IMG/VR virus record: IMGVR_UViG_3300003937_000095
Coordinates: 1-37,250 of that record
Reading direction: 5' to 3' (one strand)
From: a virus
Lineage: Duplodnaviria; Caudoviricetes
DNA: 37,250 nucleotides
Shown here: piece by piece, positions 9,505 through 19,851 of the stretch
Numbering within the stretch: the stretch's first letter is position 1
How the letters are laid out: each line of letters begins with the position of its first letter
Made by a program: the position numbers and the translations under genes
The notes under the pieces: generated by a model
The model's database searches: none
What the model saw: only the letters and a program-made list of their open reading frames with translations
Told to the model about the DNA's origin: nothing

Positions 9505-9791
9505 GGTGAGGTATCCTCTACAACATAATGTGGTTGATTAGTTAATCTTTTAATTTTTTTATATTTACTTGCACTTGTGTCTAGTACACTTACATTTTCT
9601 ATTGCTATTAAATCTCTAGGTAATATGTAAACATTATCATTGGAATCGTGTGCATCTATAATATCTTGTTTATGTATATCAATTTTTTCTTTTGTATTAC
9701 TTTGTATTAAATGTATTGCATCTTTTACCCAAGCAATTGTAAGCGTTTCTTCTTTAATCCCTACTCTTTCCATTAATTCTAAAACTGTCAT
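9501..9791 (-). CDS. Putative head-tail adaptor/ring protein (N-terminal-like part)
   Basis: MTVLELMERV start; synteny downstream of the capsid gene. Confidence 0.5.
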   Translation of the reverse strand: MTVLELMERVGIKEETLTIAWVKDAIHLIQSNTKEKIDIHKQDIIDAHDSNDNVYILPRDLIAIENVSVLDTSASKYKKIKRLTNQPHYVVEDTSP

Positions 9792-10519
9792 TTTTTCATT
9801 CCTTGCATTGCTATTGCAGTTTCTAATGTTTTTGGATTATTCTCTATGTAGGACTTTACTTCAGCTAATGCTAAATTATAATGTTGTTGAGACATTTGCC
9901 CAAAATGAGTTTTTTCTCCTAATTGAGCCTGTATTGTTTGTATTCTAGCCATTAACATTTCACTATCTTCATCTGTTCCTATCCAATGTTCTGTACCAAA
10001 AGTTGAAGAACTATCACCAAAGTTTCCTTGTAATGCATCTGCCATCATTAACTTTGCAAATTCTTTAAAACAAGCGTAATTAATTACTACATTTCTTAAA
10101 TCTGAATCATCATCAACTTTTGTATGATCTACATAATAATAATAACCTTCTTGAAGAGCTTCTGGTTCAGGTTGTATTTGAATTTTACCTCCAGAAACAA
10201 CATAAATAGGATGTGTTATTGTTGCTTTTTTTAAACTACCATCATCATTTGCCCAAACTAAATCATCTGAAGATATTTCTTTACAAGGATAACCATTTCT
10301 TTTAACACTTAAAATAGTATCTACATTTAAAACTGCATCATTATCTGCATTACTTGTCATAACTGCAGATTGACTAGATGCCCATTTCATTAGATTTTTT
10401 GGAACATTTGCTACTACAAACTTCTGCGCAGAAATTATAAAATTATCATCTGCATCAGTTACCCCAGTAATGCCTTCTATTTCTAGTTCAATGTTTGTAC
10501 AACCTGTTACGTCTGCCAT
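9788..10519 (-). CDS. Putative head-tail connector/structural protein
   Basis: ORF track; synteny. Confidence 0.55.
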   Translation of the reverse strand: MADVTGCTNIELEIEGITGVTDADDNFIISAQKFVVANVPKNLMKWASSQSAVMTSNADNDAVLNVDTILSVKRNGYPCKEISSDDLVWANDDGSLKKATITHPIYVVSGGKIQIQPEPEALQEGYYYYVDHTKVDDDSDLRNVVINYACFKEFAKLMMADALQGNFGDSSSTFGTEHWIGTDEDSEMLMARIQTIQAQLGEKTHFGQMSQQHYNLALAEVKSYIENNPKTLETAIAMQGMKK

Positions 10520-10530
10520 ATTTTTACCTT

Positions 10531-10560
10531 ATATACAGGGGAGCCGAAACTCCCCTATAT
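10531..10560 (-). terminator. Stable hairpin after the capsid/decoration genes (terminator or mRNA-stabilising)
   Basis: Minus strand ATATAGGGGAG-TTTCGG-CTCCCCTGTATAT, UUCG-containing loop; no clear U-tract. Confidence 0.6.
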
Positions 10561-10579
10561 ATTGTTTATTTGCTAATTG

Positions 10580-10894
10580 CTATGATTTTTTTATAACTAA
10601 GCAATGAGCTGTAGCTGCAGCCAAATTAACAGCACCACCAGTATTATTAGCTAATATTAATGTTACTGTGTCAGCTGCTGTAACTGCTCCTGATAAAACA
10701 AGATCTGCAACATCTATACTTAAACTAGATAATACAAAATCTCCAAGGGCTGCTCCAGCTACTGTTACTTCTAATGCCTCTTCATCGCCATCAGCTATGG
10801 AACTAGCGTCCCAAGCTTTTGAACCTGATAAAGCATTAGCAAGTTGATCTAAATTAGATCCATCTTTGTTTTGACCATATAAAGGTATACTCAT
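10580..10894 (-). CDS. Capsid decoration/auxiliary capsid protein
   Basis: Directly after the MCP; AGGAG SD; small Ala/Val-rich beta-type sequence. Confidence 0.6.
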   Translation of the reverse strand: MSIPLYGQNKDGSNLDQLANALSGSKAWDASSIADGDEEALEVTVAGAALGDFVLSSLSIDVADLVLSGAVTAADTVTLILANNTGGAVNLAAATAHCLVIKKS

Positions 10895-10906
10895 AATTGA
10901 ACCTCC

Positions 10907-12442
10907 TTAAGATACTGATTTTAACCAGACAGCGTGGGCTTCAGGCATTTTCCATTCCATCCCAGCTTCTGTTTGAATTAAGTCAACCCTGCGATCAACA
11001 CCACTATTTTCAAGAGTCTGAACTCCAACGTATACTGCAGTATCACGATTCAATCCGTTACCTACCAATGGTCGGTATGCACATTGTGTCATGTTAATTG
11101 CAAGTATTTTAACATCAGTTCCATCTAGATGAATGTTTCTTGTTAGATTCATTGCACCATAAGGAGTCATAACCTGAGTTACGTCTAGTCCATAAACACT
11201 CTTTTTTCCTGCGATACTAAAGTCTGCACGGCCAAGAGCTGTAGAACTTCCACTTGAATAATCTGCAACTTTAGAAATATTAGCTGAAAAGTATCCACTT
11301 AGTTTATGCATCCAATTATATGTATCAGTAGAACACATGAACAATGTTGCATTTGCATTATTGTATCTTGGATCTAAGAATTGAGACATATCATCAAGAA
11401 AATCATCTTGAGACTTAGCACCAGTTCCACCAATACCAGAACCTGCGAATATATTACCATAATTAGTAATAAAGTTTACAGCTCCTTCGGTGTACTGAAC
11501 TCCATCAACCGTATTTTGAGATCCAAACAATAATGATTGCTCAATATCGAATTTATGCTCAATTAACTTTGTTCTCCAGATTCTTGCAAACTCATTTGGT
11601 TCATACTTAAGAACAGTTGCCCTTGTAGTATTATCCATTGCCATTGCAGTTTTCCAGATTTGAGTTAACCCAAAAGCACTTGAGTAAGGTTGATCTTTCC
11701 AGCTTTCAGGATAACCTGAACCCTGTTTATGTGCATTTCCAACAACATAACAACGCTTTGGTTCTAAATCATCAGATATAGTAAGATTATAAGTTGCACT
11801 TACAGCAGCACTAGCAGAAGCCCACATAAGGTCTTTAGCAGTTGCTACGCCTTTTACAACTTCAGTTTTTAATATTTGATGAGTAGTAGATACAGCAGTA
11901 ACTTCTTTAATTTTCACAAGAATATATCCAGTTGGAATTTTAAAGTTAGTACCTTCATCTTCACCTCTATAGTTAATTTTAACTATTTGATCTGGAAGAA
12001 AGAAAGATGGAGCTGTATTAGCATCCCCTACGTCTATTTTGTTGTTTGATTGACCGCTTATACTGGAAAGATTTCCTGATGATTTAAAATCAGTACCAAA
12101 TTTAAAGTAATAAACGTCTCCTTGATCTACAGCACCTGCAGCTATTGTTGCATCGGCTGTAGTAGATACAGCAGATGAAGCTCCATGAGCAGTTACATAT
12201 GCATATCTCTTATGATAAGAATGTCTTTGTTCAGTAAATTTGAACTCAGGATCATCTGTTGGTTTTTTGGCGACTTGAGAAACAAATCGGAAAAAAGGAT
12301 CTTGCGCTATTGATAGTTCAGAAATCCTATCCCCAAAATTGTATTTTCTTCTAAGGTCACCAGTTGATGGTACTGTCCCGAAATCGCCATTAGCTCTATC
12401 AGGAGAAGCACCGTATGTTTCCATGCCGAATATATCAGACAT
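10907..12442 (-). CDS. Major capsid protein (HK97 fold)
   Basis: 511 aa downstream of portal and scaffold; TQIWKT...EHKFDIEQSLLFG...TEG and C-terminal TEAGMEWKMPEAHAV patterns. Confidence 0.85.
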   Translation of the reverse strand: MSDIFGMETYGASPDRANGDFGTVPSTGDLRRKYNFGDRISELSIAQDPFFRFVSQVAKKPTDDPEFKFTEQRHSYHKRYAYVTAHGASSAVSTTADATIAAGAVDQGDVYYFKFGTDFKSSGNLSSISGQSNNKIDVGDANTAPSFFLPDQIVKINYRGEDEGTNFKIPTGYILVKIKEVTAVSTTHQILKTEVVKGVATAKDLMWASASAAVSATYNLTISDDLEPKRCYVVGNAHKQGSGYPESWKDQPYSSAFGLTQIWKTAMAMDNTTRATVLKYEPNEFARIWRTKLIEHKFDIEQSLLFGSQNTVDGVQYTEGAVNFITNYGNIFAGSGIGGTGAKSQDDFLDDMSQFLDPRYNNANATLFMCSTDTYNWMHKLSGYFSANISKVADYSSGSSTALGRADFSIAGKKSVYGLDVTQVMTPYGAMNLTRNIHLDGTDVKILAINMTQCAYRPLVGNGLNRDTAVYVGVQTLENSGVDRRVDLIQTEAGMEWKMPEAHAVWLKSVS

Positions 12443-12485
12443 ATTATACCTCTTTATTTTGAGTTAATGGCTAACAATATATTTT

Positions 12486-13352
12486 CTATATACTGAAAGC
12501 CTTTTCTATTTCACTACCAGAACCCAAAATTGTATCAAAGACTGAATCTTCATTTGATCGTTCAACTGGAGTGCTACCTTGCGTTGCAAGTGTACCCGGT
12601 TGTTGTTGAACTTCTCGCATTTTGTTATGAATTTCTTGTCTTGTAGAATCAGCTATTTGCTCATCCCTATTCTTTCTATTCATCAAGTAATATATATCTT
12701 CAAGCTCTAAAGACTTTGATTTAGCAAATTCAGTAAAGTTACCCCATTCATCATCAGACATATTCATCTTTTGTTTGAATTGAGTTTCTTTAGCCATTTT
12801 TGCATTTTCTGTCTTTTGAGTTTGCAATACATTAGAAAGACGACGCTGTACTACACCATCGATTGTCGCTCCCAATACTTTTGCAGAATCAGAATCAGGT
12901 TGAGAAAAAGCCTCATCTGGATCAAAAACAAAATTTTCATCTAAATTCAATTTTTCATTCATTGATTGTGGGGTCTGGCCTCCACCCTCAAAATAACTCC
13001 TCACATGAGAAATTAAATTAGGGTCTTCTCGCATAGCATCAAGAATCGGCATATAAGGTTCTATTTCGGCAAGTTTGCCATTTAACCTTTTAGCTTCTCT
13101 ACTTGAATCACTATACCTTTTTTGTAAAGTATCTAATTCATTACTAGGTACTTCACTCTGAACTTCTACATTAGGGCTCGACTGCGTGTTACGGCTTTGT
13201 TCCGAGGTTGTTTGCGAAGGTCTATCTAATATACCACCATTTACCTGATTATCTAATTCTTCAAAAAAATTATCAGATGTCATTCCCATGACGGCATCTT
13301 GTACGCTTTTACTTTCGGGGGCTTTATCAGCGTTACCTACTTGTTCTGACAT
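12486..13352 (-). CDS. Capsid scaffolding protein
   Basis: Acidic, coiled-coil (LQKRYSDSSREAKRLN); between portal and MCP. Confidence 0.75.
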   Translation of the reverse strand: MSEQVGNADKAPESKSVQDAVMGMTSDNFFEELDNQVNGGILDRPSQTTSEQSRNTQSSPNVEVQSEVPSNELDTLQKRYSDSSREAKRLNGKLAEIEPYMPILDAMREDPNLISHVRSYFEGGGQTPQSMNEKLNLDENFVFDPDEAFSQPDSDSAKVLGATIDGVVQRRLSNVLQTQKTENAKMAKETQFKQKMNMSDDEWGNFTEFAKSKSLELEDIYYLMNRKNRDEQIADSTRQEIHNKMREVQQQPGTLATQGSTPVERSNEDSVFDTILGSGSEIEKAFSI

Positions 13353-13377
13353 ACTATCTCCTATTTTAAGGTTGTAT

Positions 13378-13410
13378 TAATTTAGCAAATAAAAATCATA
13401 AGATACAAGT
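13378..13410 (-). promoter_or_regulatory. Promoter-like ACTTGTAT-N18-TAAATTA upstream of scaffold/MCP
   Basis: Same motif and spacing as the copies at 20067-20099(-) and 26175-26207(+). Confidence 0.6.
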
Positions 13411-13411
13411 C

Positions 13412-15670
13412 TTAAGATTTCTCGTTTTTACTTACATCTTTTTTGTTTGATTTCATATCTACTTGTAATTGTTCTTTCATTTTGTCAAACTCTACTTTTA
13501 ACATTCCTCTTAAAAGTTTTTGTTGAGCTTCAGTTTCTAGAACATCTTTTCGTATTTCATTAGAAGCATCTCCAACTTTCATTTTAATTCCAGCTTGGAT
13601 TAATTGACGTTGCAATGTTTCTATTGATCCATCTTTATCTTTGACCATCTCTTGCATGGATTGTAATTGACCTTGCATTTGAGATACCATAGATTTCCTT
13701 TCCATAATTTTTTCTTTATTTCTAATGTCTGTTTCAGATAACATTGCTACATCATCTATAAGACCAGCCTGATACCATTTAAAATATTCTTCTAATAATG
13801 CCCATCTGTTTAATGGCAAGGTTGCACCGGCTATTATTCTAACATCAAATCTAGCAGATGCATAATCTTTATATTTTCCTATTGCTTTTCCATAATCATT
13901 ATAAAGACTAACATTAATTCGTACTTCTTTTTCTTCTTGAGAGTTTCCAGCATTTGGTTGAACTATTCTAAATACTTTTTCAATATTATAATGTTTTTGT
14001 GCCATCATTTGAAAGACCTTACCTACATGCTCTAATGAAGGTTCTACGATACTATTCATCCAAGCTTTTAATCTTCTTGTTCCAAACTCATCATTAGCAA
14101 GTAACCCTCTATATGTTTCAGCTTGGTCTTGAGAAAATCCCATCATTGAAGAAGGAACTCCACTTATATATTCTGCATCTGATTTACCTTGTTGCACAAC
14201 TGTAAAAAATGCATTATTAATAGGAGCTGGTTGAATTGGAGTAGGGGGTTTAAAACCCGGTCTGTATTTTAACAATGCTCCGGGAGAAGAAGAGTATTTT
14301 TCCCATTCATCTTCAGGTACAGAACCCTCTTCATACATCCATCTAAGATTAGAAGACAAATTTGCATTATGTAGCATTATTTGGTGTGCTTTATTTATTT
14401 CTTGTTGTTTGCCTATTAATGGAGTAACTGCACTTAATGGAAAAGGACTTCCTGTATACATATAAGGAATAGGAACTATTGGATATTCACTAATAGGTAT
14501 TATTTGCTCAAATAAAAAAGTATCATCACCTGCACTACAAATTTTAACAATTCTATTTTCATAAAATTCTATAGAATCTATAATATTTTTATTTGCTTCT
14601 TCACTATTTTTTAAAACATTATAATCAGCATTGCTCATTACTTGTTGTTTTATAATAGTAGCTTGTTCCTGAGCTTCCGACATTAATTCCATTTCTTTTT
14701 CTTTTATAGCTTGAGCAGCCATTTTTTGAGAATTTTCTATCATTAATTTTGCTCTTCCAGGAATAACTTCACCCTCTTTTATTTGTTGTTCAATTTGCAT
14801 TTGTTTTTCAATTAATTGAACTTCTATTTCTTGTTGAAAAGATTGTAAAGCTTCTTGTATTCCCTCTTGAAGTAATTCTAATTGAGCGGGAGAAGGTTGA
14901 ACTCTTATATAAACATTGTAATATTTAAATTTTTTCTTTGAATATGTTTCATAATATGCGACTATATCATCGTCTTCTGATTCTGCATTTATACCAAATG
15001 TAATATCTTCTCTTTGAATTGTGTCTGTAAAACTTGCATCTCTTTGAGAATAAGATACTACGTCTGTACCTCTAGTTACTTTTTTTATTTTTGTTTCATA
15101 TTCTGGAAATAAGTTAATAAGTCTGGATCTAGATATATTTTTTCTTATTTGAATAAAGTTTGCATCTCTATATAAAAAATCTTGACTAGAAGGGTCTACA
15201 TATACATCATAAGGATTTATTCTATTAAATCTTACTTCCCCCATTCCTCTATCTGCATCTTTGTCAATATCTATTAAAAAGTAACCTACACCTTTAGTTA
15301 ATGAATCTAAAGCTATTTGACTATAGAGAGATTTACCATTAGATAAGTACCAACAATAATCTGCTATATCAGAATGGACTTGAGCAACGTCTACGTCATC
15401 ACCAGTTGCCCCTACAGCTTTCCACTTAGGACTATTTGCAGTAACAAAGTATTTCATTATTTCTATAATAGGAGTTATTCTATTAATAGTAAATGTAGGC
15501 ATACCAGATTCTTCTAGCATTGTCATTTCTTCTTTAGTCAATTGTTCATTAAGATAAAAATCATATCCTTTTTGACTAGTGGTTTGCCATCTTTGTCTAT
15601 GAGAGTTATTTGCTTTATCCCATATTTGTTTATTTACTTGTGCTTTATTTTTTTTAGTTACTCTTGCCAT
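13412..15670 (-). CDS. Portal protein (P22-like podovirus type)
   Basis: 752 aa; FY...Q.T.EE...L...G.P..TINRI.P, YPIVP, LIGKQQEINK, ISGV...MMG and FDV.I..G patterns; C-terminal coiled coil. Confidence 0.88.
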   Translation of the reverse strand: MARVTKKNKAQVNKQIWDKANNSHRQRWQTTSQKGYDFYLNEQLTKEEMTMLEESGMPTFTINRITPIIEIMKYFVTANSPKWKAVGATGDDVDVAQVHSDIADYCWYLSNGKSLYSQIALDSLTKGVGYFLIDIDKDADRGMGEVRFNRINPYDVYVDPSSQDFLYRDANFIQIRKNISRSRLINLFPEYETKIKKVTRGTDVVSYSQRDASFTDTIQREDITFGINAESEDDDIVAYYETYSKKKFKYYNVYIRVQPSPAQLELLQEGIQEALQSFQQEIEVQLIEKQMQIEQQIKEGEVIPGRAKLMIENSQKMAAQAIKEKEMELMSEAQEQATIIKQQVMSNADYNVLKNSEEANKNIIDSIEFYENRIVKICSAGDDTFLFEQIIPISEYPIVPIPYMYTGSPFPLSAVTPLIGKQQEINKAHQIMLHNANLSSNLRWMYEEGSVPEDEWEKYSSSPGALLKYRPGFKPPTPIQPAPINNAFFTVVQQGKSDAEYISGVPSSMMGFSQDQAETYRGLLANDEFGTRRLKAWMNSIVEPSLEHVGKVFQMMAQKHYNIEKVFRIVQPNAGNSQEEKEVRINVSLYNDYGKAIGKYKDYASARFDVRIIAGATLPLNRWALLEEYFKWYQAGLIDDVAMLSETDIRNKEKIMERKSMVSQMQGQLQSMQEMVKDKDGSIETLQRQLIQAGIKMKVGDASNEIRKDVLETEAQQKLLRGMLKVEFDKMKEQLQVDMKSNKKDVSKNEKS

Positions 15671-15672
15671 TG

Positions 15673-16053
15673 TTAATCCCTTATCTCTACATGAACTAAG
15701 TCATCAAATTTGTTATCATTTATATCTCCATCGGAATCCCAATCGCCACCCCAACGAATTTTTAATCCCATAGATTGACCAATACCTCTTAACATTCCAC
15801 CCATATAGTGAAACATTTCTCTGTCTTCCCAATTTATCGGGTAAGGAGCGAGATCAACAGCTTTTCCTGTTATGTGTTTGGAATACTTTGTTTTAGTTTT
15901 CCCTTGTGCTAATAATTGCTCTTGCCGCTCCTTACTCCGCACACCTTCTATAATGGTTACATCCATTATTTTAATTAATTCATTAAGAACTTTTACTAAA
16001 TTAGAATCTACACCCTTTAATCTTTCTTTGCTTTTTTTTCCAAATCTATACAT
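15673..16053 (-). CDS. Endolysin, peptidase M15 (L-Ala-D-Glu peptidase, T5-like)
   Basis: EGVRS.ERQ, SKHITGKAVD, RWGGDW and D..HVE zinc-site motifs. Confidence 0.9.
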   Translation of the reverse strand: MYRFGKKSKERLKGVDSNLVKVLNELIKIMDVTIIEGVRSKERQEQLLAQGKTKTKYSKHITGKAVDLAPYPINWEDREMFHYMGGMLRGIGQSMGLKIRWGGDWDSDGDINDNKFDDLVHVEIRD

Positions 16054-16062
16054 GAATAATCC

Positions 16063-17631
16063 CTATGATATTAACCAACTTTTTGCTTTTCTTTTTGGTT
16101 TAAACCAACCTTTCTTTTTTTTATCTTTTTTCATGTTTGGTGGAAAAGCATGAATTTGTGCGTAATAAAGGCTCTCAATTGTGTCATCATGAGCCATCTT
16201 AGGGCCGAAAGTAAGGATTTCGTTGATTAAATCAAACATATTTTTCTTTAAATATACAGTTCCTGTACTAAAACGTGCAGAAAGACCAGAATAAATTCTA
16301 TTTCGTTTTTGAGTTCCTCCCGGTTTTTCAGGAATAACAGATATATTAAATTTATTTAATCTTCTTCTTTCATCGTTTAATGCTTGGAATATACTTCTAT
16401 TCATAGCAACATCTTCTACAGTTGAAGAACTACAATTATACTTTTCATGTAATTCTAATATTAAATCTACTACACCTTTCTTTCCTAATATTTCTCCTGT
16501 GTCTGGATTTTTAGATCCAATAGTAGGAATACTTCTATGCCTTTCATATTCTAGTACATATAAATTATTATTTCCATCAATTGCAATAACAGTTATTACA
16601 CTATAATCAGAATGTTTTGTATCAATATCTGTAGCAGGATCGCAACCTATAAATGTATTAACTGGAATTTCTTCATTGTCTTTTATTAAAAAATTAACAC
16701 CATCTTCATGTTTAAAGTATCCTTCCCAATATCGTATATGCTCTCTTCTCCATATAGCATCTTCTTTTGATTGAACTTCCATCATGTACTCTTGATAGAA
16801 TTTTTGAGGTTGTCCAGAATCTGCATAGAATTTTTTCTTTTCTTCTATCTTTGATAATGGAAACCACCCTTCCCATAATGGAGTAGTTTCGTCTAATAAA
16901 GCCTTATATGTAATTACTTTCCAAGCAAAAGATTTATTTTCTTTTTTTGCTTTAGCGTGTTTATTTATTAAATGATTTATAAAAGAATCATAATGGACTG
17001 GAGTACCATTAACTCTCAGTCTTCCTGTATGTGGTTCAATAGCAGGATAAACAACTGCAGTAACTAAGTTTGCATTTTTATCTCTAGCTTCTTTTGTTAT
17101 TGTATTGTTTTCATGTTCAAAATCATCAAGAACAATAAGGTCGTATCTTTTATGTAACTTTGCTCCACCACGAATACCTGCTACATTAGATTTACTTATA
17201 AGCTTACATCCGTTTACTAATTCTATATCTTCTTCCGTCCATTTTTTTCCTTTCATTGGCCCGAAATAATATCGTATAGAATCATTATTTTCTAAGTGGT
17301 ATTTAATATAATCCATGTTACCTACACTTAATTTTTGTGTAGCGGATACCCAAGCATAAAATAAAAAGTTTTCTTTACTTGCAAATACAAAGTCTTTTAT
17401 AATAGATGCTTTTGTAAGAACTGTTTTACCATGACCTCTTGGAACTATAATTGCAGTTTGTTTTACTTCTTTATCATCTATTGCATCAGATATTTCATAA
17501 TGAAAAAATGGAGTTTCAGACCTCATAAAATCATCTGGTAAAAATAATTTACCAAAAGAGATAAGGTCTTTATACGCTAATTGTAAGGCTTCTTCAGCTT
17601 TGTTTATGTTCTGACTGTTGATATTTGCCAT
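16063..17631 (-). CDS. terL: Terminase large subunit
   Basis: Walker A PRGHGKT, Walker B LIVLDDFE, GTP coupling motif, FYQEYM, nuclease IGCDPA and HDD. Confidence 0.93.
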   Translation of the reverse strand: MANINSQNINKAEEALQLAYKDLISFGKLFLPDDFMRSETPFFHYEISDAIDDKEVKQTAIIVPRGHGKTVLTKASIIKDFVFASKENFLFYAWVSATQKLSVGNMDYIKYHLENNDSIRYYFGPMKGKKWTEEDIELVNGCKLISKSNVAGIRGGAKLHKRYDLIVLDDFEHENNTITKEARDKNANLVTAVVYPAIEPHTGRLRVNGTPVHYDSFINHLINKHAKAKKENKSFAWKVITYKALLDETTPLWEGWFPLSKIEEKKKFYADSGQPQKFYQEYMMEVQSKEDAIWRREHIRYWEGYFKHEDGVNFLIKDNEEIPVNTFIGCDPATDIDTKHSDYSVITVIAIDGNNNLYVLEYERHRSIPTIGSKNPDTGEILGKKGVVDLILELHEKYNCSSSTVEDVAMNRSIFQALNDERRRLNKFNISVIPEKPGGTQKRNRIYSGLSARFSTGTVYLKKNMFDLINEILTFGPKMAHDDTIESLYYAQIHAFPPNMKKDKKKKGWFKPKRKAKSWLIS

Positions 17632-17794
17632 CTAAGTGGTCTTTGAATTTATCTTCTAGTTTTTCCATTTCTATAAAATCATTAAATAATGTTTCAGTAA
17701 CCCTAAGTCTTTCTGTGACAAAACTTAATTGTTGATATATACTTTTTATAGATCTTCTTAAATCATGTTTAGTAATTGTATTTTTTTTCTTCAT
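17594..17794 (-). CDS. Hypothetical protein
   Basis: ORF track; AGGAG SD. Confidence 0.65.
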   Translation of the reverse strand: MKKKNTITKHDLRRSIKSIYQQLSFVTERLRVTETLFNDFIEMEKLEDKFKDHLDGKYQQSEHKQS

Positions 17795-18033
17795 GCCTGC
17801 TCCTTTATTTTTTCAGGGATGTCTAACATTCTTATAATTTTTTGCATTCGTTTAATATTATAGTATGTAGTAGAAGTCATATTGTACAATATAAAATCTT
17901 GAGAAATCATCTTATCTAATTCTTTTAAATAGATAATAGCTTCATCTAATTCTAATTCGTTAGGTACATCGTCTATAGGTTTTAATTCTCCCAACACTCG
18001 ACTCCTTTCTCTGAGAACTCCATAGTAACCCAT
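17791..18033 (-). CDS. Hypothetical protein (true start probably further downstream)
   Basis: ORF track. Confidence 0.55.
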   Translation of the reverse strand: MGYYGVLRERSRVLGELKPIDDVPNELELDEAIIYLKELDKMISQDFILYNMTSTTYYNIKRMQKIIRMLDIPEKIKEQA

Positions 18034-18896
18034 CCAGTTCTTGCCAAAGGATAAAAAGAATATCTAGCGTAATCAGCATATTTAAGAAATGATCCACCTC
18101 TTATGTACCATTTTTTTCTTTCTTCTTCTTGATCATCTTTACTAACAACAAAACTATGCATAGGTTTTACATATAATTGATGATTGTGTCCTAAGAAAAA
18201 TACATCTCCTTCACTATATACTGAAGCCATTTTATCTAATTCCATATCCCCATTTTTTCCCCCACCTTTACCATGACCACTAACTAATTTATATTCTCTA
18301 TCTTTAATAGTTATTTTAGTATATCCGGGCATTCTAAAGTAAGGAACTTCCATTGCTTCAGCAAGGACTTTACATACATCAAAGTTTAGTATATTAAATG
18401 ATCTAATATAATCGTGGTTTCCTCCTCGAATAAATAAACACTTGTCTTTAATTGGCTCTATTAATCTTATAAACTCTAAGTATTGTTCATCAGGTGGAAT
18501 ATCTTGTCCGTCTTGACTAATTTTATAATTAGGTGGAATTAATTCTAGTAAATCTCCATTACCAAACCATCTTGCATCTTTATCTTCTGCAATCATTTGT
18601 ACAGCTCGATGAAACTTCTCACTATCAAACTCTACTGCTCCTACATGGACATCAGTTAATCCATGAACTCGTAATGTCTTTTTACTTTTAACACTTAATA
18701 CATCCCCGGGTTCTACATCTCTATTATTAGCATATGGAGTGTTTTCTAATACTTCGTATGTTATTGAAAAATTTTTCTTACAACTATTGCAAACATATTG
18801 TTGTTTAGGTTTATCTCCTTTCATGTGACTTTTACTGCCTAATTTAATTGTACCATTTTTTTTAGTATGAGCAGATTTGCAATAAGGGCATATCAT
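17982..18896 (-). CDS. Zn-ribbon plus calcineurin-like metallophosphoesterase
   Basis: CPYC...KKNG...YVCNSC; DVHVG, GNGD, GNHD, HG and GHNH motifs. Confidence 0.85.
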   Translation of the reverse strand: MICPYCKSAHTKKNGTIKLGSKSHMKGDKPKQQYVCNSCKKNFSITYEVLENTPYANNRDVEPGDVLSVKSKKTLRVHGLTDVHVGAVEFDSEKFHRAVQMIAEDKDARWFGNGDLLELIPPNYKISQDGQDIPPDEQYLEFIRLIEPIKDKCLFIRGGNHDYIRSFNILNFDVCKVLAEAMEVPYFRMPGYTKITIKDREYKLVSGHGKGGGKNGDMELDKMASVYSEGDVFFLGHNHQLYVKPMHSFVVSKDDQEEERKKWYIRGGSFLKYADYARYSFYPLARTGWVTMEFSEKGVECWEN

Positions 18897-19666
18897 TTGG
18901 ATTCTCCTTCGATTTGTTTTTGATCTCTAGATGCACCTTCTAATTGTTCTTGTGAGAAACCTTGAAATACACCCATTAGACCTACCTCTTTTTGTTTTAT
19001 ATTATTGTTTGATGTTCCTACTATTTTACCTAATTCTTTTGCAGATTGTAAAATTATATTATCATCTTCACTATAATCAGCAAGATGTTTTAATTTACCT
19101 AATATATATTCGTGGTCTATCCCTAAACCTTTTGCAACGTCAAGCACTGATTTTTGTATTTCTTCCATTACTCTTTCCTGTTTTAATAATATAGTCGCTT
19201 TCTTTCTAGCTTTTTGATTAGACTCTTCTTTAAAAGCATTTTTATATGCATCTAAAGCACCCATACCTACAACAACATTTGTAGCAAAGTCTTTTTCTTT
19301 ATTGGTGATTTTAGTTCTTTTATGTACTCTTTCGGAAGTGTTTTTTATAGTCTTAGAAAATGTGTATCTATTAGGGTGACTAGAAAAGTCTGTATCCATT
19401 TTTGTAGATTTTTTATTAATAAAACTACCTACGACAGTCCGTACCCAACCGTCTGCATATTTATAATTTTTTGTATCTGAATGATGACTTACCATTTTTT
19501 TAACTTTTAATAATTGTACAATTCTATCATCGTCACTATATACCCAACTATTTTCGTCTGCTTTTCTCCAATCGGGATGCACAACTGTATTAGGATGATC
19601 TTTTTTAAACTCTTCTAAATCATCATATACAAAGTGTTTTATGTTTTTTATTCTTCTGTTTTCCAT
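18893..19666 (-). CDS. Terminase small subunit-like protein with an N-terminal extension
   Basis: C-terminal half TNKEKDF...ALDAYKNAF...A..LLK...V..EI...LQSAKELGK resembles TerS; upstream of TerL. Confidence 0.65.
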   Translation of the reverse strand: MENRRIKNIKHFVYDDLEEFKKDHPNTVVHPDWRKADENSWVYSDDDRIVQLLKVKKMVSHHSDTKNYKYADGWVRTVVGSFINKKSTKMDTDFSSHPNRYTFSKTIKNTSERVHKRTKITNKEKDFATNVVVGMGALDAYKNAFKEESNQKARKKATILLKQERVMEEIQKSVLDVAKGLGIDHEYILGKLKHLADYSEDDNIILQSAKELGKIVGTSNNNIKQKEVGLMGVFQGFSQEQLEGASRDQKQIEGESK

Positions 19667-19851
19667 ATTAATTTGTCTGTTAATACTAGCACTTGCTCTG
19701 ATAGACCATCAATTAAATCGCTTATTTCTTCAGGTATTAAATAAATTTTATCATCTACTTCAATAGCAACTAATTTATTAGTTAAACTACTTAATATATC
19801 TTGTTGTTTTTTAAGAGGCAGATTTGCTATACTTTCTATCAGGTTTGCCAT
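19648..19851 (-). CDS. Hypothetical protein
   Basis: ORF track. Confidence 0.6.
   Translation of the reverse strand: MANLIESIANLPLKKQQDILSSLTNKLVAIEVDDKIYLIPEEISDLIDGLSEQVLVLTDKLIWKTEE

Noticed and set aside
18770-18896. IS1 element
   Set aside because: Only a zinc ribbon; no DDE transposase domain or terminal inverted repeats.
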